NCBI RefSeq assembly: GCF_036971445.1
Contig: NC_091471.1
Location: 114,328,001 to 114,392,000, forward strand
Length of the DNA: 64,000 nucleotides
Direction of reading: 5' to 3'
DNA from: Narcine bancroftii
Lineage: Eukaryota
Shown: positions 13,347 through 25,950 of the stretch, in pieces
Numbering within the stretch: the stretch's first letter is position 1
How the letters are laid out: each line of letters begins with the position of its first letter
Position numbers and translations under genes: made by a program
Notes under the pieces: model-generated
Seen by the model: the letters and a program-made list of their open reading frames with translations, nothing else
Databases searched by the model: none
Told to the model about the DNA's origin: nothing

Positions 13347-13612
13347 TGTGGTGATACAACCACTACACAGGCCACACTCCTACCAGCCTACTGCCAGGGG
13401 AAAACACTGTACCTGCTGGTAGGCAATATGGGAGGCTGGCCCCACCTTCCTGCTGTCAATCACCAGCCTTATAAAGACTCGAGCTGGCCCCTTTAGTCAG
13501 ACACATGAGGCCAGAAGTGTACTGAGAACTAGTGTGTATGTTTTAGCTAATTAAAGCCTGTTGTACAGTCTGTGGACTTTGTGTCAGAATTATTTGCACA
13601 GCAGTGCCTACA
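13347..13612 (+). mobile_element. Solo LTR of the same Gypsy lineage
   Basis: TGTGGTG...TACA; perfect 5-bp TSD GATCT; TATAAA and ATTAAAGCCTGTTGTACAGTC as in the copy D LTR. Confidence 0.9.
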
Positions 13613-14170
13613 GATCTTGCCACCCAGTCCAACTGCTGACAGCTGCATACAGCCTTTAAATGGACTGGTGTTTATTTAGAATCCTGCGACCATGGGGTTT
13701 GGGCCCAAGATGGTAGCGCTTGTGTTTAGAGGCAGCAACAAGAGGTTGCAGCCTCCAGAAGAGCAGCAAACCCTTGTGAAGATAAAGATGACCCTAAGGA
13801 TGATGACCATAGTAGCGGACCTGTGACGGGTTCTGTGGGTGTCTTGAGGTCAAAAGACTTGCACCAGGCCACTGGCTCATGAGAATCAGGTATCAGAACC
13901 AGGATTCAGGAGGGTGCTGAGGCAAAGAAATGGCTCCTGAAGGGCCCTGGCTGCTGAAGACTTCTTCATTGTGTCAGAGGTTTGGATCTGGGCTCGAGTT
14001 GCCAAGGATTTGAACTGAACTGAACTCTAGTGCAGCTGTAGAGGCCATGGGAGTGCTGGAGGTGAATCTACAGACACTCACTGACTCAGAGGGACTTGCT
14101 TTTGCTTCGCTTACTCTGAATGTAAAGGGTGCCGGGCAATGCTAATGGTGAATCTTTGTCTTATGCAGAC

Positions 14171-14456
14171 TGTGGTGATACACCACTAGCCTACTCCAGG
14201 GGGCAATCTCTGTACCTGCAGTAAGACCACCGAAGGACAGACTACACCTGGTCGGCTGTCAAATCAGCTGACCTGAATAGACCCCTAGGGGGCTAACTCC
14301 ACCTGGCCAGCTATCACCTGACCAGGATATAGTTCTGAGCCAGTCACTTGGGAGCCACCATTACAGCCTCTACTGTAGCAGAGACCTTTAGCCAAATAAA
14401 GCCTGTTGTACAGTCTTCAAGTTCGTGTCTGTTTACTGCTGCTGCATTGCATCACG
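14171..14456 (+). mobile_element. Solo LTR of the same Gypsy lineage
   Basis: TGTGGTG...CACG; perfect 5-bp TSD CAGAC; AATAAAGCCTGTTGTACAGTC; similar to the copy A and D LTRs. Confidence 0.9.
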
Positions 14457-15974
14457 CAGACTAAAGGCAATTTTGTGTAATATTGGTTTTTTGTTTTATT
14501 AGATGGCATTAAATAAATAGTATCTGATCTGCATCCTGCCATGGTCTTAATGCTACAATATGGTTCATGTGGAGACACATTTCCTGCTGGAGATCAGCAA
14601 TCAATTGAGAGGAATAGTTTCAAGATCCAAGATGTTATTGCTGCGTGTTGTGACACTTTGCATCTCTGGCTTGCATCACCTTCCTCAGGTATAGCACAGC
14701 ATGAAGTTGAGTAAAGAATGCTATACACTAACCCAGAATAATTTAAATCTGAACTCAAAAGATCACCACTTTGGACATTCCCATTCCAGCACTTGTTGGC
14801 GCTGTTGACTTGAATGGTTAATTGTGGGGAACTTTCTGCTATGGTCCTATATCCTGAGAAATTTTATTCATATTTTTCCCAAATGTAGTTCATGAAAGGT
14901 AAACAAATGGCATCCATCCCCTTTGTGCAGAAGGAATTGGAACGAAAAACATCAAGGCAATGCCAAAGCAATTTGGTATAGAAGTCTGGACCTGCTTGAA
15001 CCTGCCGACTTTTGTGCATTTTAGTACAATCACAGCGACTATGGACTTTCTTTTTTCACCACCACCCGCCCCCCAGCCCCGGTACAGAAGTCTGTTGTTT
15101 TCAATAAATTGACAAATGGAAGAGATCCATAAATAAAAACAACATGGAATTCAGAAAAAAATATGCTTTCTCAGAGAGAAGGCAGAATGTGGAATTCTAT
15201 CAGAAAAAATAATTGAAACAAATAAGTACTTGCGCAATGTATCTGATGGATAAAAGAATAGAAGGGTCAAATATAATGTAAAGTCTATATTGACTAAATT
15301 TATTCAAGGGTCAATTTCTTGCCTGAAATTTATAAGCCATTCTAAATAATATTTTTCAATGTTCATAGAGGACAAGAGTGCAAATATGTCATTTATTTTA
15401 AACTATATTGAGCAGTATGTTTGTTTCTTCTCTGGAGAAGATCTACTTATTATCATCAGATTTTTGACAAAGTTGCTGAAGTACTTTTTTTAAACTAACA
15501 ATAGTTTCCTTTTGAAACCTGCAATGTTGGAAAGCCTGCCCATTGCCATATTTATCTATCTGCAAGAAGTCAAGCATTACATTAATAACTTAACATGGCA
15601 ACCTTTAAGTCCTGGGCACTGCAGGATCAAAAACAAGGAAAATTTTAATTTAAGTGTCATTATGGAATTATTTTGATTGTTTAATTTGTTCAATACAATT
15701 GTTTTGAAGGAAATACACAGCTTTTCAAGAAACCACACATGGACTATTCTCACCAAGTGAGTTAACTTTCATCTTCCCTCAGGTCTCATCCCTGTAACTC
15801 ATCATGTATGTTGAAATACCTTCCGGTGGATATTTTTCACTCAGAAAATGGATTCAGCAAGAAACTTCCTTTTTCTGAGATTTGTTGCCTTATTCCAACT
15901 GTCAATATTTATAGTATAGATTAGATTGAATTGCTAACAATGACTTCAGCAAATATATTTTAAACCAAATGCAA

Positions 15975-16135
15975 TCAAAAAATTCTGGAAGCACTCAGCA
16001 GATATGGAGGCATCTGGAGAAAAAACAGTAAATGCTTCAGATTAACAACCTTTCTATTCTCATTCTGCAGACATTGTCCAACCTGATGAGTGTTTTCAAC
16101 ATTTTTGGTTTCAGTTTTCCAGCATATGCAGATTT
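15975..16135. repeat. Short palindromic repeat resembling a Penelope-terminus/MER6-like element
   Basis: ctggaagcactcagcag... is mirrored by ...ctgatgagtgttttcaacat; similar to 50965-51075. Confidence 0.4.
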
Positions 16136-16929
16136 TGATTTACTTATATTAAACTAATGTTTGTAAACTTTGTTTTTGTTTTTATTAAAACCATGAGACA
16201 ATCTGGCCATTCAATCATCTGCAAGTTAAAATCATTCTGATAAATGGGAAATGAACATTTGAACTTCTTCAATTTTAGCAAACATGAACAAATCTCTGTC
16301 AATTTTTATAGGCCCTGTTTCTGGGAAGAAGTGTTACATCTTGCTAGTTATAAAGGAGAGAGGCCATCTTTTGCTCTGAAACAAATGCCCTGTTGTACAG
16401 GAGGTTCCCTTTTCAGCTAAAGTTACCTCAAAAGTGAATATTATCTGAAGCACGAAGAAGGTGCTGAAAGTTTCCATCAGCCTCCCAGGATGTGTTGCAG
16501 ATGGTTTCAAAAAGGAACAGAAGGATCGCAGGGCTTTTAAATATGAAAAGAATGACAAAAGTGCACTCTTTGAACGAATTTACAATAAGCAATGTTGTTT
16601 TTGTGAAGTGGAGTATAATTTCCAGTTTGGTCAGCCAATATTGGTATTAAATATACCTCATGTATATTTTTTAAAAAATTCTTTTGGCTCAAAGTTTATG
16701 TGCCTCCTCCTCGTGAAGCAGTTAAGTTTTGGTTTCTTCTGTATTTCTCGCCTACCGACTAGATAAAAAAGTTTTTTAAATATTTACATGTATTATGTGA
16801 GGTTAAAAAAAACCTTTTACTTAAATGTGCAGTGGGCCCTCTAGTAGGACCCCTGATGAGAATGACTGCTCCACACAATGCTACATAATGCCAACAAAAT
16901 TTTTCTCCTCCAAAATGCAACAATATTTT

Positions 16930-17310
16930 GCATTTTTATAGAGCCTCAAATGTTTCACACAGTGTTCCCAAGCAAAAATTTGATGCCAACCGAGATAGAT
17001 ATTGGGGAAGGACAAAATAAAACTTAGTCGAGAATGCAGATTATAAAAGGGCATCTTGAATGAGGAAAGCAAATTAGAAAGGTTTGGAGAGCTTTAGGCT
17101 TGAACGAGAAGATCACCAATGGAAGTGCAAAGGAAAGAGGAGTGGAGGGTTGAATATCTGTAGGATGTCACAGAAGTAGAGAGCAGTGAGGTCTTGAAGA
17201 GATGTGAATATTTGTGAGGGATCTTTAAATTTAGAATTTTTCGGGTCTGGGATTCAGTATGAGTCCGTTCATATGGAATTAATGGATGAACTCTGTGCCA
17301 GCAGTTCTTA
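16930..17310 (-). mobile_element. Old L2-like LINE 3' fragment
   Basis: Purine-rich reverse-strand pattern resembling L2 3' ends; recognised by eye only. Confidence 0.35.
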
Positions 17311-18109
17311 CCATTTTCCATTGCTTGATATTAAAAAATAATCATCTGAGAGGTCTGTCAAGAATATAGGTAGTTAGCTATGGATTGTGGGTTGTGAAAT
17401 CTCCAGAGATGAACGGAGGGAGGCTGTACATTCTGATCTTATTCTTTATGATAATCTTTCTCATTAACTTAGCTTGTTTGGACAGGATTTGCATTTCAAA
17501 ATAATAAGCATAATTTAGTTCACAGGAAGAAGCCTCCAAAGATTTATTCAATGCTACAAATAGTCAGCCAGTTTTGTATCTTACAGGCATGACAGGCCTT
17601 TTTTCATGTTAATCTTTTTGACATATATAGTAAATGTCAACAGTTTAAAGAATTCTTCAAAAGAAATATTCAGTAGAACAAAACTTGAAATAATTATATA
17701 CGACAGTGCTGGACTCAGGTGTAAAATGAAAATGAGTTTAGTATGACTCATTAATCAGCACCGAAAGAAAAATATATATCAAACAAATTGAATATGTAAA
17801 GGAACTGGATTTTGAATTCAGTAGAAATCTAGTTCACTTCAAAGTAAGATAATTTACTCTTGGATTGGAGTACAATATTTCAAAATCCAGAAATAAACCT
17901 CAGATATAAATTACTTGTTCTGAATTTAATCACAAGGGCCCTGGTGATAAAAATGTTGAGTGAGAATGTAATAGGATTTGTTTGATTTTCTAGTATATAG
18001 TATTGGCAGCTTAATATAAATTATTTGTTCATTATGCAAAATGAGAGCTTAACTGGAGGAGAAGGTTTAGTGGCACACATAACTGAGGTCATTGCACATC
18101 TGTGAAACA

Positions 18110-18270
18110 AGAATTATATGAAATTGGAGCAGGGAGAGGTCACTTGCCCTTCAGGACTATACTGCCATTTGTCAAGATTGTGGGTGATTTTCTCAGTATC
18201 ACTTTTCTTACATTATCCTAACATCTCTTGATTTTGTTGATATCCAGAGGTCCATATGAGTGAATTGAGT
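18110..18270 (-). mobile_element. Old CR1 3'-end fragment
   Basis: gaaattggagcagggagaggtcacttgcccttcagg resembles the CR1 3' end at 6640-6700. Confidence 0.5.
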
Positions 18271-18277
18271 GACTGAC

Positions 18278-18526
18278 CCACTATTTTAATCGTACCTAAT
18301 TGACTCATTATGTGCATGGTTTCATAACTCCAAAGGAAATGGGCCAATGACAATTTTTCTCAAGCAAAATATTTCTGTAACAATTGGGTCCAGAGCAGTG
18401 ATTCTCAACTTTCTCTTCCCACTCACATACCACCTTAAGCAATCTCTTACTAATCACAGAGCATAGATGGCATAGGGTTTACTTAAAGTGGTACATGAGT
18501 GGAAAGAAAAAGGTTGAGGACCACTG
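18278..18526 (-). mobile_element. Partial hAT MITE (same family as 60073-60439)
   Basis: Reverse complement of about 60073-60313; ends GGTTGAGGACCACTG followed by GTTTAGAG, a Charlie-like target; the other arm is lost. Confidence 0.88.
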
Positions 18527-21486
18527 GTTTAGAGAAAGACTGTGGCATGAAAAAGATTTGACTCTGGAAATGGCTGTGAATATGTGTAGGGCAGCAGAGA
18601 AGCAGAACTCCAGGAGTTTTCCAAAGCTACAGCAAAGCAATGAGGTAAGCTCAAACAGAAAATGCAGCAGGTGCGGAGGTAGACATATTCCAAAGATGTG
18701 ACCTGCCTATGGAAAGTCCTACTCTAAATGAGGGAAGAAGAATAATTTTGCAAAGTGCTGCAAAGCAGGGGCTACCAAGAGAAAAGTGCACATAGAGGAT
18801 GAAGAAATGGCGGAATTCTTCGTGGATTCACTGCAGACGGGTGCTGGTAAAACAAAATGGATTGTTCCAGTGACTGTGAATGAGACAGTAATTCCATTTA
18901 AGCTCAACAATGGAGCCCAGGTGAATCTGTTATTTATGGATGATTACAAGTCTCTCACTGTAAAGAGCAAGATTTATCCGCTGAAATTAAAAGTGACAGG
19001 CTACACTGGAGAGAACATTCCAGTAAAAGGGGGCTGTATGGTGATCTTCAAACACAAAGGGCGCATCAAAGTCACAGCTACTGATTATAGAAAAGAGAGT
19101 ATAGCCAATATTAGGTCTGAGAGCATGTGAAGAGCTCAACCTGGTGAAAAGAGTTTTCATAGTGGCTTCACAGATAGAAGATGAGCTCACAGCATTCATA
19201 GGAAGAGTACACAGTTGTCTTTGAGGGGCTTGGATGTTTACACAAGATCCATGTAGATGAGACAGAGGCTCCTGTTGTCCATGCATTCAGGAAAGTTCTG
19301 TTTCCACTTAGAAAGAAACTTAAACAAGAACTAGCATGCATGGAACAGATGAAAGTGATACAGAAAATTGAAGAACCTACTGATTGGGTCATCATGCAAA
19401 ATAAAAATGGATCATTGCATATGTGTCTGGACCCAAGAGATCTCAATAAAGCCATCAAGAGAGAGCATTTTAAATTGCCAAAACAAGAGGAAATCATGTC
19501 GCAGTTTGCAGGTGCCAAGTGGTTTAGTAAGCTCGACGCATCATTGGAGTTTTGACAGATGAAGCTCAATGAGACACGTTCGAGACTATGCACTTCCAAT
19601 ATTCAACAGGGAAGATACCAATTCTTTCAGCTACCATATGGAATCTTGTTCATACCAGAAGTCTACCATAAAACTATCCATATGATCTTTGAAAATATAC
19701 CTGGAGTTGAGACCATGATGGATGACATCATTTTATGGGGGTCCACCAAGAATTAACATGACACGCGAATGTCAATTTGAAATTAAAGAGAAATGTGAGT
19801 TTGGTGTAAAGACACTGACCTTCAAAGGAGATGTCATATCTGAACAGGGAGTGAAGCCTGATCCAAGAAAGACATCAGCCATTGGGAATTTTGTGAGGAC
19901 CCAAAACAGAGGAGGTGAGATATTTCTTGGGGATGGTGACTTACTTGGCTATGTTCATCCTTTGGCTGTCGACTATGACAGCACCGCATAGGTCATTCCT
20001 TGAGCAGGTCTGGTCACACGAGCAAGAAGAGTGTTTCCAGACACTTAAAAAAGCCCCATCACAAGAGCCTGCACTAAAGTTTTATGATCCGGACAGGCAC
20101 ACCAGGATCTCATCTGATACATCCCAACATGGCCTTGGAGAAGAACTACTGCAGCAGCATGAGGACACATGGCAACCTATGGCCTATGCATCAAGGGCTT
20201 TAACAGGTGCAGAAGTCAACTATGCACAGATAAAGAAAGAGCTTTATGATGCGTGCAAAAGTTCCATCAATACATTTATGGACAAGCTCTTGAAATGGAG
20301 ACAGACCATAAACCATTGGTCTTAATTCTGTCCAAACCATTGAATGACTGTCCCATGTGAGTGCAGCGCATGTTGAAAAGTCTGCAAAAATACAATGTGA
20401 AAATGATCTACATGCCAGAAAATACATGCTTGCTGCTGATGTACTACTGAGCAGTTGACAAGAAAGAAAGGAGTGACCAAGAGGTTAATGTGGAGATACA
20501 GGCCTATGTTGACATGATTATCATCTCATTTCCAGTATCCCAGGATACACAGAGCAAATCAGAAAAGCAACAAAGACAGATGAAACAATGAAAGTGCTCA
20601 AAGATACAATGCAGAAAGGATGTCCAGCAGCTAAGAATGACTCTCCAATGGGTATTCGGGACTATTGGGCTTGCAGAGATGAACTGTCAGTTGTGAAAGA
20701 TATGGTCATCAAAGAGATCAGGTTTGTGATTCCAGTGTTGTTAGATGCACGAAGGACATCTTGATGAGGGAAAATGCAAACATAGAGCTTGAGAGGTGAT
20801 GTACTGACCAAGAATGAACCAAGACATAAGCCAGACCACCGCTTCATGCAAAATATGCCTTACCTATAGACCAAAGCAGTAAGAAGAACTGCTTACACCA
20901 CACCCTGCACTAGATAGGCTGTACTTCAAAGTTAGAGTAGATTTGTTCGACTGTAATGGGAAGTGTCATATAGAAGTAACAGACTATTTTTCCAATTACC
21001 CAGAGGTAACAACACTGCAGTCAACATCCAGCAAAGCAGTTATCACTTTCATGAAAAAAGTATTTGTGAGGCTTCGAGTTCCTTGTGAAGTAGTATCAGA
21101 CAATGGTCCACAATTTTCAAGCAGTGAATTTGAGTCCTTTGCCAGTACTTGGGAGTTTCAACGTACAACTTCAAGCCCACATCACCTAAAATCTAATGGG
21201 ATAGAAGAGAGTTCTATCAAGGTGGTGAAGAGCTTCATGAAGAAAGCGCATGATGGACGAGAGGATTTCCACAGAAGTCTAATAATTTACAGAAGTGTGC
21301 CACTACAGAATAGCCTTTCTCCTGTCCAAATGCTGATGAGTCGACGCATTCAGATCAAACTGCCAATGCATGAAAATCTGTTGACACCTGAAGGAGCACA
21401 CAAAGTCAAACAGGCTAAAGTGGAAGAGAAAGTAAAACGGAAATAGTATCTGATAAGACTGCGAAAAGCCTAGCGGTCCTTAAGCC

Positions 21487-24400
21487 TATGGTTAAACCAC
21501 TGTTATGCTATGATTGGCTGCTGCCGACTGAACTTACCTTCCTAGACCAATCCTACCCATAACACTTTGCATGCTCCCCATTCCACTCTGCCTGAGGTTG
21601 ACGGCTGTTCCAGTCTATAGTTAATAAAAGCCTATTAGTTTCATAACTTCAGTCTTTTGTGACTATAGTCAATTTTATTAAATATATTTTTTGCCAAAGC
21701 ATGGAACAATAGCTGAAACCTAAGAAGCTCAACATCATCCCTCGATCTCTGGATGCCCCGAACATGTTCGAACTCTGGCTACACTGTTTTGAAGAATTTC
21801 TGGTGATGTGGGCTTGAAGTTATACATTGAAACTTCCAAGTACTGGCAAAGGACTCAAATTCACTGCTTGAAAATTGTGGACCATTGTCTGATACTACTT
21901 CACAAGGAACTCGAAGCCTCACAAGTACTTTTTTCATGAAAGTGGATGCTATCACTCGGATGCTAACCAACTGAGATTATTCTTCACACTAGTCGGATCC
22001 AAGTATTCCCAATGATCAACGATGCCAACATGTACCCGACAGCCTTGAAGATTCTGAAGGCCCAATATCACAAGAAAGTAAATGAGGTCTATACCAGGCA
22101 CATCCTGGCCACCAGAAAATAGTGACCCAATGAGTCAACTTGTGTGCAACTGTAAGGCCATGTTGGCTGTCCAGAATGCTGAGGACCTCATTCGGGATGG
22201 TTATGTGGCCGGTATCTGCTCCTGGTACATAAGACAGAAACTCTTGGAACAAAAAGTACCTGATCTGCAGAGGGTGGTTGAACTGTGAGATACTAGAGCT
22301 GGCCCTCCAAAACTTGGATTATTATTATCTGCCTCTTGGTTGCCATGAATGCCTCTATCTTGGGATGGAGAATCATCCCACACCATGAGCGACTGGTCGC
22401 CCACACCATCCCACTCCTTTGGTGACCTGAACTCAGCTGCCATTGCTGGTGATCTTCCCAACTGCTACTTCTGAGGAAGTTTCCTGAGGAAACACTGCCC
22501 TGCCAAGGAGGCGGTATGCACTAGATAAAGGGACATTATGCCAAGGTTTTCCAGTCCAAACTGTCTGTGAAACCTTGCAGCGCCGCATGTGGACTGTCAC
22601 CGCTCTGGACAGTGTGATCAATGGCATCTCCTCTACAAACCACTGCCATCTTGGACCGCATGGCAAATGTCATCTTCTCAGGCATATGACACCATGAGGG
22701 AACAGAAAGGATGACCATCTTGGGACTGAGGGCAGCCAACTCAGGATCGTGAGCGCCATTGGACTCAGATAGCGAGCCTATACTGGCCTCCATCACCCTG
22801 AACTTGCCGGGTCCATGATGAATGTCCAGGTAAATGGGTGTGTTACCGACTGTTTATTCGATGACAGGAGTAGAAAAAGTTTCATTTACCCTGATACCGC
22901 TAAGCACCTATCCCTTAAAGTACAGCCTGTCAAGCACAAGATATCAGATGGGCCCAAATCACACACTGCAGCCATCTGTGGGTCCTGACCATTGGAGGCA
23001 TAGCTTACAAACATTTCAGGCTACTCATCATGATACAACTCTGTGCCTCCTGTGCTACTGAGGCTGGACTTCCAAAGCCAATTTCAGAAAATTGCATTGA
23101 AATTCGATGGGACCCATGCCTCCACTCACCGTCTGCAACAAACAATTCACAGACGGCCTTCTGCGTCTGACCTGTGGCCTATCAACCCTCAAGGTTGACT
23201 CCATCCCCCCCTCAACTGTTCACCAACTTCACCCCCAAGCCAGTGGCCACCAGGAATAGATGGTATTGTGTGGAAAACAAGGCATTCATTAAATTGGAGG
23301 TTCAGCGCTTGTTGGGCAGGGGCATAATTGAAGCCAGCAATAGCCCTTGGAGGGCGCAGGTGGTTGTGGTAAAGAATGGGGAAAAGGATAGGATGGTCAT
23401 AGATTACAGCAGACCATCAACTGGAACATGCAACTCGATGCGTACCCCCTTCCCCACATATCCGATATGGTCAACCAGATTGCACAAAATTGGGTATGAC
23501 CTGAAGTCGGCATATCACCAGCTATCTATCCACCCGGAGGACTGCCAGTATACTGCATTCGCAGCAGATGGCTGCCTCTACCACTTCCTCTGGGTCCCTT
23601 TCAGCATCTTCCAGCAGGAGATGGACCACATGGTGAATCACTATAATCTGCAGGCCACCTTCCCATACCTAGATACCATATCTGTTGCCACGACCTGTAA
23701 GATCACAATCTAAATCTCTGTAAATTCCTCCAGGCAGAAAAATGTCTGAATCTTACTTATAATGAGGACAGATGTGTATCCTGGACAGCACGACTAGCCA
23801 TCCTCAGATGTGTGGTCGAGAACGGTGTCATTGGCCTTGACCCCGACCATATGTTGCTGGAGCTAACTCTCCCACATATCTTCAAAGCACTGAAGAGATG
23901 CCTCATTTTCTTCTCATATTACGCTCAATGGCCACAGTTATCAAGGCCCTCCACAATATTTTCACACTCTTTTGGTACCCCGGCTTCATCCACAGCGATC
24001 GGGGGACCTCATTCAAGAGTAATGAGCTGCAGCAGTAGCTATGGCCGGGGCATCGTCACGAGCAGGACCACGAACTACAACCCTAAAGGGAATAGGCAAG
24101 CGGAAACAGAGAAACAGTCTGGAAAACCACCCTCCTGGCACTGAAGTCATGGGGCAATCTCCCAATGGCAAGAAGTCCTCCCAAACACACTCCACTCCAT
24201 TTATATATGGCCAATAGCAACAAGCCTCAGTCTGCATCAGGGACTTCGCTGCTCACCTGGCTTACATCCCCAGGACTAGTCCTACTTCAGAAGCACACCA
24301 GACAATCTAAAACTGATCCACTGGTCGAGAGGGTCCTCCTTCTCCACATTAACCTCTTGACAGGCGCGAGGACATGGTCTCAATCACTTCAACCGCCACT

Positions 24401-24937
24401 GACTACCGACAGACACTACACCCCCACCCCCCCCACCCACTGCTACCTCAGGGGTTCCTGAGCCTGTGGCTGATCATTCTCCACCCCTGACTACTGTTGT
24501 TTCCCATGATACACCAGCACCACACTCCCTTACCCCCTCACCTGTTTCCCCCCCTCGACAAACTGTAACTGGTGATGACAGGCCAACCCTACAACCTTCT
24601 CAGGATGCTATGGCAACACCCCGACCATTACCACGTTGTTCACTAAGGCAAAGGAGACCCGCTGACACACTTAATCTGTAAAATGTATATTTGTATCATT
24701 TTTTTCTCACTCTGCAGGACTCTTCCTCAAAAGAAGGGGTGAATTTGGTGAACCATTGTTGGCTGCTGCCGGCTGGACACGCCTCCCAAGACAAATGCTA
24801 CCCATAGTCTTTTGCAGGCTCCTCATTCCACTCTGCCTTGATCAGTCAATGAGGTTGGGCGGCTGTTCCAGTCTATAGTTAATAAAAGCTTGTCAGTTTC
24901 ACAACTCCAGTCTTTTGTGATTATTGACGGTGTGTCA
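21487..24937 (+). mobile_element. Ty3/Gypsy LTR retrotransposon copy B (decayed, internally deleted), nested in the Mag-like element
   Basis: LTRs 21487-21671 and 24744-24937; PPT aaaagaaggggtgaa; gag ATG at 21701; RT SPWRAQVVVVK..RMVIDY..ATFPYLD; C-terminus RRPADTLNL*. Confidence 0.9.
21802..21944 (-). repeat. 143-bp inverted copy of 21044-21186 (Mag-like integrase) inserted in the gag of copy B
   Basis: Reverse complement with about 4 mismatches; ORF 21779-21970 repeats the peptide in ORF 20943-21446. Confidence 0.93.
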
Positions 24938-25410
24938 AGTACATAAGGTCTAACAAGCTAAAGTAGAAGAGAAAGTAAAACAGAAACAGTATCATGATAA
25001 GACTGCAAAAGCCTACCTGTCCTGAAGCCTGGAGTTTAAGTGTGAATCTGAGAAAACAATTCTGGCACATGGTCCATGCAAGGATATGTGCAAGAGGAAA
25101 TAGATCCTCATTCCTACCAGATCCAGACAGAGAGAGGGACACCTCTGAGAAGGAACCACATGGATCTACGACCACAATCTCCAACCCATGGTTGTGACTG
25201 GTCACCTGTCAGTACACAAAAGGGGCTAGCATATGAAGAAAAGAAACATGTTGTTTAGAGTTCACAAAAAGTCACAATGACTAACGCAGCAAATGGAAGC
25301 AATACACCGGTGGAAACACATACCAGACCAAAAAAGACTGTTAAACCATCTCAGAGACTGATTGAAAGCTCTTGAGTGGAGAGAGACTGGCCACAGAATA
25401 TAGATACCCT

Positions 25411-25613
25411 TGTTATGCATGAAAGATGTGTTATTATGCGTGTATCATAAAGAACTACATTTCCCAGTAAGCAATGCAGGTGGTTGGCAGGGGAACAAAA
25501 GTAGACTAAGAGAGAAGTCGAATGCATTGTTGGTTCAAGCAGCTCGAAAAAATAAATTTGTTTAAGCATTTAACCTATGCAAGGCTGTTATTCTTCAAGG
25601 AACAAGCATAACA
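25411..25613 (+). repeat. Probable 3' LTR of the Mag-like element
   Basis: TGTTATGC...GCATAACA inverted termini with an internal AATAAA; the start could instead be 25429; partner LTR absent. Confidence 0.6.
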
Positions 25614-25950
25614 CTTGCAACCTGACCAAAAAATGTTTATACTCACTCTTTGCCTTTCCTTTGATAACTAATTGTCAATCAAGCTGGGACGTGGCAGCGA
25701 GGTCCTTGGGTCGTAGGTTTTATATCGGAGTGGCCTTCTCCTATGCAGGTTTCTTACCCGGGCTGGAGGGGCCTGGCTCCCCTCCTAGGTCGGACCATAC
25801 CTGGTCGCAAATCACCTGTGGACATGGCCTAGGTAAGTTTAATTGGGTTCTCTAACTACCTCTGAGGTAGGTCAGGGACCCGGTTGGATTCTGACGGGGT
25901 TGACCGAGTCACACCCTTTCTTACTGCTGTGTAACTGGGGTGTAAAATGT

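Larger units (their letters stand above)
13300..14530 (+). repeat. Unclassified non-coding interspersed repeat hosting two solo LTRs
   Basis: About 13985-14530 aligns by eye to 37300-37557; both end in an AATAAA plus a short simple tail, like a LINE-mobilised non-autonomous element. Confidence 0.5.
18527..25613 (+). mobile_element. Mag-like Ty3/Gypsy element, 5' end lost, interrupted by Gypsy copy B
   Basis: Gag RERLWHEKDLTLEMAVNMCRAAE, knuckle CSRCGGRH, protease FKLNNGAQVNLL, RT CLDPRDLNKAIKREHF and MMDDIILWG, RNase H ISSDTSQHGLG, integrase VVSDNGPQF. The integrase tail resumes at 24938. Confidence 0.88.

Noticed and set aside
16312-16766. Possible exon after tttttatag and overlapping short ORFs
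   Set aside because: All frames stop early; no domain similarity seen.
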